A stretch of 64,000 nt of DNA from Octopus vulgaris (taxonomy: Eukaryota). Made by a program: the position numbers and the translations under genes. This document shows, piece by piece, positions 55,070 to 64,000 of this stretch (position 1 is its first letter; each line of letters opens with the position of its first letter). The DNA lies in assembly GCA_951406725.2 (NCBI GenBank), contig OX597819.1:81158001-81222000 (forward strand), read 5' to 3'. A model generated the notes under the pieces. It saw nothing but the letters and a program-made list of their open reading frames with translations. It was not told the origin of the DNA and made no database searches.

Positions 55070-55589
55070 CATGCATACATACAAACATATATATATATAT
55101 ATATATATATTGAGGATATAATCATTTTAATGATTATGTCAGTGACTTGCATATAAAAAATGACAATATCGGTAAAATTTATTTTTATGTATATAATTCT
55201 AAGAATATAGACATAGGGTGGCTGACGTTGCTTTTGAAGCAAAATTTACTCTTACTAATTCCAAACTCGTATAAAAATATAATTATGATTATATACTGAA
55301 AAATTAAATATATATATATGTGTGTGTATGTGTGTGTGTATGTATGTATGTATGTATGTATGTATGTATGTATGTATGTATGTATGTATGTATGTATGTA
55401 TGTATATATATATATAGTTACTGGTATCTTTATATATTAATATATTTTATATGTAAAGCATAATATGTTATACGTGTAATGTATATTCTTGTAATTGTCA
55501 TTTTAGTAAATAAATAAGTTAACATAATATAATGTCTAAAACTTGATGACCCACCTATTGATCCCTTCTATTTTCTTATTGTTCGATAT

Positions 55590-55696
<107 letters not shown>

Positions 55697-55764
55697 ATAT
55701 ATTTGTACTTATATTTATATGCAGAACTATATATCGATGCATATATAAATAGATATATATTTAA

Positions 55765-55825
<61 letters not shown>

Positions 55826-55859
55826 TTGGTACATATATGTTTGTGTGTGTATATAATTT

Positions 55860-56245
55860 TACTTACTTCGGTCATTTGACTGCGGGAATGCAGAGGCACT
55901 GCCTTGAAATGTGTTAGTCGAACAAATCGACTCCATATTTTATTTTATTAGACCTAGTACTTCTCTCATAGGTCTCTTTTGCCGAACCGTTAAGTTACGG
56001 GGACGTAAGCAAACCAACGCCCGTTGTCAAGAGGTACAATCACACACACGCAAAGCCACACACACACATATATAGATATACACATATACCACGGGCTTCT
56101 TTCAGTTTCCGTCTCCCATATCCACTCACAAGGCTCTGGTGAGCCCGAGGCTGCAGCAGAAGACATTTGCCCAATGTGCCACGCAGTAGGACTGAACCCA
56201 GCACCATGTGGTTGGGAAGCAAGCTTCTTACCACACAACCACGCT
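55860..56245 (-). mobile_element. Full-length SINE family B
   Basis: Both halves present with an internal (CA)n linker. Confidence 0.9.
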
Positions 56246-56258
56246 TATGTTTGTATGA

Positions 56259-56308
<50 letters not shown>

Positions 56309-56385
56309 GAAAAAACAAGTAAAAAATAGAAAATGCTAAAATAATTTTATAGTGAACATTTCAGTACCGGTTTCACCCTTTTCAC

Positions 56386-56450
<65 letters not shown>

Positions 56451-56589
56451 GTGTGTGTGTGTGTGTGTGTGTGAGTGTGTGTGTGTGTATAGCTTTATGC
56501 ACATCAAATTCCACTATGAAAAGCGATGTGACATGAAAAATCCCCCTCTCTCTCTCTCTCTCCCTTGATATATAATGTACATACATACA

Positions 56590-56669
<80 letters not shown>

Positions 56670-56676
56670 TAATATA

Positions 56677-56834
56677 TGGCTGTGCGGTAAGAAGCTTGCT
56701 TCACAACTACATATTTCCGGGTTCAGTCCCACTGCATGGCAACTTGAGCTCATGTCGTCTATTATAACCTCTGGCCGACCATAGCCTTGTGAATGGATTC
56801 GGTAGACAGAAATTGAAAGAAACTCGTCGTATGT

Positions 56835-56869
<35 letters not shown>

Positions 56870-57068
56870 TCTATGCTTGTCCCCCACTACCGCTTGACGA
56901 CCGGTGTGGGTCTGTTTACGTCCCCGTAACATTAGCGGGTTGGCCTGAGAGTTCAATAGAGATAAGTACCAGACTTAAAAAGAATAAGTACTGAGGTTGA
57001 TTCGTTCGACTAAAAATTCTTCGAAGCATTGCCCCAGCATGGCCACATTTTAATGATCGAAACAAGTA
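56677..57068 (+). mobile_element. Full-length SINE family B
   Basis: TGGCTGTGCGGTAAG A box, GGGTTCAGTCCC B box, internal (TG)n, 3' half. Confidence 0.9.
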
Positions 57069-57365
57069 GAGGGTTAAAGAAAATATGCATAAATCAATTG
57101 TTCTTATTAAAAAGGAGAATGAGCAAAATGCAAAATACACGCCTGTAGTGATTCGGTTATAAGTTTCGTATTAGTAAACTAGAGTTCTTTCTCACTTCTA
57201 ATGTTTCCATGCGTCTAAAATAATCCGAAATTAAATTTGGTTACAAAAAAACCCCCCAAAAAACCCCAAAACACAAAGCGGTTACTAACCTCTTCCTGAC
57301 GCCTAATTTTGCCGAATTTATGAAAAAAAAAAAAAAAAAAAAATGTAATGGCATATTTGCATACT

Positions 57366-57440
<75 letters not shown>

Positions 57441-57448
57441 GTGTGCGT

Positions 57449-57495
<47 letters not shown>

Positions 57496-57505
57496 AATGT
57501 GTATG

Positions 57506-57584
<79 letters not shown>

Positions 57585-57638
57585 CATGTATATACATACA
57601 TGTATATATATACATTCATTTATATATATATATATATA

Positions 57639-57677
<39 letters not shown>

Positions 57678-57678
<1 letters not shown>

Positions 57679-58122
57679 TTTTATTCTTTTATATGTTTCA
57701 GTCATTTGACTGCGGCCATACTGGAGCACCGCCTTCAGTCGAACAAATAGACTCCAGGACTTATTCTTTGTAATGTAGTACTTATTCTATCGGTAACTTT
57801 TACCGAACCGCTAAGTTACGGGTACATAAACACACCAACAACATCGGTTGTCAAGTGATGGTGGGGGATAAACACAGACACACAAATATATGTACACACA
57901 CATACACACACACACACATACCTTCATACACACACACACACACACACACACACATGCATATACACGACAGGCCTCTTTCAGTTTCTGTCTACCAAATCTA
58001 CTCAGAAGGCTTTAATCGGCCCGTGGCTATTGTAGAAGACACTTGCCCAAGATACCACGCTGTGGAACTGAAACCGGAACTATGTGGTTGGGAAGCAAGC
58101 TTCTTACCACACACCCACGCCT
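57678..58122 (-). mobile_element. Full-length SINE family B
   Basis: Both halves present with an internal (CA)n linker. Confidence 0.9.
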
Positions 58123-58172
58123 TATACACACTCACACACACACATACACACACGTACATTCACACGCAAATG

Positions 58173-58299
<127 letters not shown>

Positions 58300-59306
58300 G
58301 GTATTAATTGCGATTAATTGCCATATATAGGCATGTGGTGAAGTGATGTATAAACACATTTTTATCTTGTTCTTAGATTATTAATCAAATTCATTCGACA
58401 TCACTTTTAATGACAGCCGTATTTTCTATGTTAATCATCTTTCCAAAACTAGTCGTGGTGAGCATAAGTCTCTTTAAAGGCTTTCAATCCCTGACAACCC
58501 CGTTTTTGTTTTCAACAATATGATAAGCTCAGACTTCATTAGATTATGTATCTTGTTTAGGATATTAGCGTTTAATTTCAGATAGATTTAACTGTTGTTT
58601 CTGGCAGTCGGTGTATAGGCAGAATTGTTTAAAAGTTCGGTCAAAATTTATGTTGTATTTTAGTTATAACCTTTTACATACAAAATATTTGAAAACCTGC
58701 CGACATCAGCTATGTATTTCATCCATCTTTCCGAAACCGATAATATATATAAAAAATATATACGTTAAATAGTGGGGACCATTCAATATTCGTTTAAAGC
58801 ATTTTAGATTTGAATGAAATTTTAAAAGAACACTTAGAAGCATCAGGTTCTTTCAAATTAATTCATATCATTGAACTTATAACTGTATATATTTAGACAA
58901 ATACTGAGAAAATTGAGTGCATAATCTCACAACCCGAATCATCATGGAAAATTGATTGAAAAGCTGTATTGTATATGATTCCATAGTTTCTTTTTTCTTT
59001 TTTTAATGATATTTTTATAAATATTTAATAATTGAAAACTCCGATAGAGATTTTCTTCAATAAATTTGCATTCTCTAAAACTGATGTGATTTCTCTGTGA
59101 AAGTAAAAAGATTTAAATTCGGGGTGGTACGTTGTAATTCTCCACACACTAAAATATAGCATATATTAAAACATTGTATGTATGTATGTATGTATGTATG
59201 TATGTATGTATTATGTATGTATGTATGTATGTATGTATGCATGTGTGTATGTATGTATGCATGCATGTATGTATATAAGAATACAAATATTACATATTAC
59301 TAGAGA

Positions 59307-59343
<37 letters not shown>

Positions 59344-59696
59344 TATAAATACATACCTACATCTATCTTTTATATGCATACATACACACACACAAACTCA
59401 CACATGCATATGTGTGAGTGCGTGCGTCTGTATGTGTGTGTGTTTAGGTGTGTTTATCCGTATATGTACATGCATTTACAAACACAAACATACACATATA
59501 GCATATAAGCATGTGTAATTATATACTTGTATGAATGCCTGCCTGTGTGCATACATATATATAAATATATGTGTATATATATAAATATATGTGTATATAT
59601 ATATATATATATCCATATGTATATAATATATATGCGTATGTATACATGTATATATATATGTATGCATATATATATATATATATATATGTGTATATA

Positions 59697-59751
<55 letters not shown>

Positions 59752-59917
59752 GTATGTATATGTATGTATATGTATATACATATATGTATATATATATATA
59801 TAAGTATATGTATCAATATAAATGTATATATAAGTATATATTTATGTATATATATATAAGTATATATACATGTATATCTATGTATGTATATGTATATATA
59901 TATATATATATATATAA

Positions 59918-59964
<47 letters not shown>

Positions 59965-59980
59965 AGTATATCTATGTATA

Positions 59981-60011
<31 letters not shown>

Positions 60012-60056
60012 TTACATACATACATACATATATATATTTATACATACATACATACA

Positions 60057-60124
<68 letters not shown>

Positions 60125-60414
60125 CATAATATATGTACTTATATACACATTTATATTGATACATATGCATACCTACATATGTACATATATGTATGTATGC
60201 ACGTAAGCATTTATGTAGATGTATATATTAATTAATGAAGAAAGAACAGGAGTCGCGCAATCACCTTCATTAGCTTATAACTGTCTCTGCACTCAGCGGA
60301 GCGCTTTGCAATTTCCTATTGCTTCTCCGAAGCTATTATACGGCATGTAAGCTTTATTTCAGGTACCATTTAAATACATAGAGTTGGTCAGATTCACAAC
60401 CACTTATTTTCACT

Positions 60415-60675
60415 TATTTGTAATTGCTTCAGTCATTAGACTGTGGCCATCGTTGGAGCATCACCTTGATGGGTTTTAGTCGAGCCAATTACCCACAGTA
60501 CTTATTTCTAATGTCTGGTACATATTCTATCGGTATGTTTTACCAAACCGCTAGATTTCGGGAAACGGGAACGTAAACAAATCAAGAATAGTGGGAAGTC
60601 CTGAAGTCGATTTGTTCGACTAAAGCTGTGCTCCAGTATGGCCACAGTCAAATAACTGAAACAAGTAAAAGAATA
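60415..60675. mobile_element. Two family B SINE 3' halves fused in opposite orientation
   Basis: TTCAGTCATTAGACTGTGGCCAT..GGAGCA at 60429 is mirrored by TGCTCCAGTATGGCCACAGTCAAATAACTGAA at 60629. Confidence 0.8.
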
Positions 60676-60850
60676 ACAGAATATATATAAATACACACAC
60701 AAATGATAACAAGAGAAAGAACATTTTTAGCACATCTTTCACACAACGAACCATTTTAAATGTGTAAAAGAATTTTCTTTAACTCCTTGTCATTTGGATT
60801 ATTTACTCTTCGCCAAACCCACTCTATGGTGTGATTGTTGTGAAACTTGG

Positions 60851-60981
60851 ATTTTCTATACCTAAGGAATTCCGACTTTGGCCAGGAACCCAAAAGTGTT
60901 GATAGCCCAGTATTCGGGTGGAGTGCTTCTCTGGAAATACTCTAACTTTACATACACCCTACCGAAACCTTAGAATATATA

Positions 60982-61068
<87 letters not shown>

Positions 61069-61161
61069 CTGGGCGTCGAACTAATACACCAGCTTATTGT
61101 TCCCTCACCTGTTTTCATCTTTTGTTTTTCTGTAAATTTGAACATTTGAACTATGTATGTA

Positions 61162-61222
<61 letters not shown>

Positions 61223-61260
61223 ATGTATATATATATATGTATGTATAAGTATATGTATAT

Positions 61261-61295
<35 letters not shown>

Positions 61296-61316
61296 TATAT
61301 GTATATATATATAATG

Positions 61317-61347
<31 letters not shown>

Positions 61348-61423
61348 GTATATATATACATATATATATGTATATGTATATATATAATGTGTAAATATAT
61401 ACATATACGTATATGTATATGTG

Positions 61424-61468
<45 letters not shown>

Positions 61469-61553
61469 CTTAGACTATGGATGACTAAATTACAACAGGC
61501 ATATAGCCCATTGTATTATAGTGCGTTGTTGTACCATTCAAAACTTTTCATTC

Positions 61554-61649
<96 letters not shown>

Positions 61650-62347
61650 AAAGTGAATGCTGTGTAAAAACACAGAATACGTTTTTCAACATCCACTTTA
61701 AGTCGGAGATATTACCTTTTTGTATTGATGATGATTATGATGATGATGATCGCTGTCTACTCGAGAACGAGGTTGACGATCAGTGACCATTACCCATGTC
61801 AAATCCCAGCAATGCTCGTGCATAAGGTCATTGCAACAGCAATCGGCTTCACTCGGGATCACATCTATGGCTTTATATTTGCGGCAGCGCCCTCTAACTC
61901 GACCATGCATCAGATAGTTACCCCGCTTGTGATTACCTATTGCTCAATCTCAAATTTAGGTCCAACAAACGCTTGCAAAGCACCTCATCCACTTCCCTCT
62001 TACTGACATAACTCGGCGACAAACCAAGGCAGGATATCCAGGGACAATATAGGTCTCAGGCTGAGAAATGTAGGAGCGCCATGATCTCAAGAGTAAGTAA
62101 CAAATCCCCAAATTGTTCAATACCATTCCCTGCATATCTGGTTTCATATCAGAGTGGTCTTCTCCAAGAGATGTGTTTTAGCATATGGTAAAGGCTGCTT
62201 TATTCCCATTGGTTTGCTATATATACATTTTCTATACCTAAGGAATTCCGACTTTGGCCAGGAACCCAAAAGTGATAGCACAGTATTCGGGTGGAGTGCT
62301 TCTCTGGAAATACTCTAACTTTACATACACCCTACCGAAACGTTAGA

Positions 62348-62350
<3 letters not shown>
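60851..62350 (+). repeat. ~125-bp direct repeat pair (60851-60977 and 62227-62350)
   Basis: Near-identical ATTTTCTATACCTAAGGAATTCC...CCCTACCGAAAC.TTAGAATA; one 3-nt indel and 2 substitutions seen. Confidence 0.95.
61727..62040 (-). mobile_element. Decayed RTE-like LINE 3' end with (ATC)n tail
   Basis: HGRVRGRCRKYKAIDVI..D....DL (~HG.R.RGR..TYID.L..D), followed by CATCATCAT. Confidence 0.45.
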
Positions 62351-62431
<81 letters not shown>

Positions 62432-62433
62432 AC

Positions 62434-62488
<55 letters not shown>

Positions 62489-62531
62489 TACATATGTATA
62501 TGTGTATATACACATATACACACAAAGCATC

Positions 62532-62583
<52 letters not shown>

Positions 62584-62584
62584 G

Positions 62585-62746
62585 GCAGGCTTCTTTCAGT
62601 TTCCGGCTGCTAAATCCACTCACAAGAGTTTGGTCGGCCCGAGGCTATAGTAAAAGTCACTAGCCCGAGGTGCTACGCAGTAGAACTGAACCCGGAAGCA
62701 TGTGGTCAGAAGTCAAGCTTCTTACCACACAGCCACTCCTGCGCCT
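62585..62746 (-). mobile_element. SINE family B head
   Basis: GGCTTCTTTCAGTTTCC..GGCCCGAGGCTATAGTA..CACACAGCCACTCCTGCGCCT. Confidence 0.88.
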
Positions 62747-62753
62747 AAGTAAG

Positions 62754-62788
<35 letters not shown>

Positions 62789-63039
62789 ATACATATACAT
62801 ATATAATGTATATCTGGGGAAGATATACACGCACACACACACACATTCACATGCACATACACATACTTATATATATATGTAAGTTTGTTTGTATATATGT
62901 ATGTATTTTTGTATGCATGAATATGTATATTGCACTTTACAGAAATATACCTCTTTCTGTTTGTGTGGAACGAGGTCTGTGTCTGTATGTGTAAATTGAA
63001 ATCATGTTCAATTTGAAATTGAATATTTAATTACTGACA

Positions 63040-63285
63040 TTGAAGATACTCAATTGTATTGCAATGCTCCAGTTACTTAGCTAATAAAAATGCGTTGTAC
63101 TTGTAATTCGAAGGGCCATCCTAGTCACATTCTCTGCTACGCTGAATTTCCCTGAAAACTATGTTAAGGGTATGCGTGCTTATGGAGTGCTTAGCCAGTT
63201 GCATGTTAATTTCAGGAGCAGTATTCTATCATTGATTAGATCAACTGGAACGCAAGTTGTCGAAACCGACGGTGTTCCAGTTGTG
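63040..63285 (+). mobile_element. SINE family C body
   Basis: GTCACATTCT..CGCTGAATTTCCCTGAAAACTATGTTAAGGGTATGCGTG matches 1476-1530. Confidence 0.75.
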
Positions 63286-63524
63286 CATGACTGTATTGTG
63301 AACTTTGGTACTGATTTTCAAGTGGTCAGTTTCTAATTTGATCGAGATTTGGCTTCTCTTTCCAGGAGTGTCATCTATCCCTATAGTGGTTCCCTTGTTG
63401 CCTTGTCAGAAATATTCTTTATTTTTCTGCCTGGAAGGAGTTTAAGATTTAAGAATTGTTTTCTGACGATACTAAACATAGATGGCACTAGTTTGAGATA
63501 ATATTACTTTATTCACTAATTCCT

Positions 63525-63880
63525 CCGATGGAGGTCGAATTTGCTTATATCTTTTCGGGATCGATGAAATACGTACCAGTGGAGCTCTAGGATTAATATT
63601 ATAGACTTAACCCCTCTCCAAACTTCCTGGCCTTGTGCCAAAATTTGGACAATTTATTTACTAAAGCAATGAGCTGGCAGAATCATTAGCACGCCGAACA
63701 AAATACCTAACGGCATTTCGCCCGCCTTTATGTTCTTAGCTCAAATTCCGCTGAAGTTGGCTTTGTCTTTCATCCTTCTGTGGGCGATAAAAAAGTATCA
63801 GTTCAACAATGGGCTCGATGTAATCGACTTATTCTCTTCCCCAGATTTGCTGGCCCTGTGCCAAAATTTGAAACCGATAT
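63525..63880 (+). mobile_element. Two tandem family A SINEs (same arrangement as 2005-2395)
   Basis: GGCCTTGTGCCAAAATTTG followed by GAGCTGGCAGAATCATTAGCACGCCG. Confidence 0.82.
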
Positions 63881-63900
63881 TACTTTACTCACTATTATGT

Positions 63901-64000
63901 GAAGATGCGTGTCCTAGTGGTTACGATGGGCGGCTGATACATAAAAAGTCGTGTTCAACACTTGGACCGGTCTCGACGTAGTATTCTTGAGTAAGAATCT
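63901..64000 (+). mobile_element. Degenerate SINE family C head, cut by the window end
   Basis: GAAGATGCGTGTCCTAGTGGTTA..GTCGTGTTCAA..TTCTTGAGTAAGA, similar to 1339-1420. Confidence 0.55.

Overview
Eukaryotic, AT-rich, repeat-dominated DNA. The three tRNA-derived SINE families and the extreme (TA)n/(CA)n/(TAGA)n load suggest an octopus (coleoid cephalopod) genome; this is inferred from repeat content, not verified. No host protein-coding gene can be called with confidence. The one candidate is a first coding exon at 39783-39874. Almost all ORFs in the supplied track are microsatellite artefacts or antisense shadows of transposons. Recognisable content includes: Tc1/mariner elements (Hsmar1-like mariner, a young GC-rich DD34E Tc1, Tc3-like, deleted Tc1, rosa/maT-like remnant, MITEs); CR1/L2-type LINE 3' fragments; a HERO/NeSL-like REL-endonuclease retrotransposon; an RTE-like and a Penelope-like remnant; and about 30 SINE copies. 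The most notable signal is a set of short repeats, mostly bordered by microsatellites, that carry minimal type-I hammerhead ribozyme motifs of the Penelope-like-element kind. They come from several distinct families. One family has a shared non-canonical core (CUGU-N-GA), and one mirror-image pair sits in a 700-bp foldback. The young Tc1 also carries an exact ETS-CRE composite promoter motif and a probable 5'-UTR intron. Boundaries of decayed repeats are approximate.
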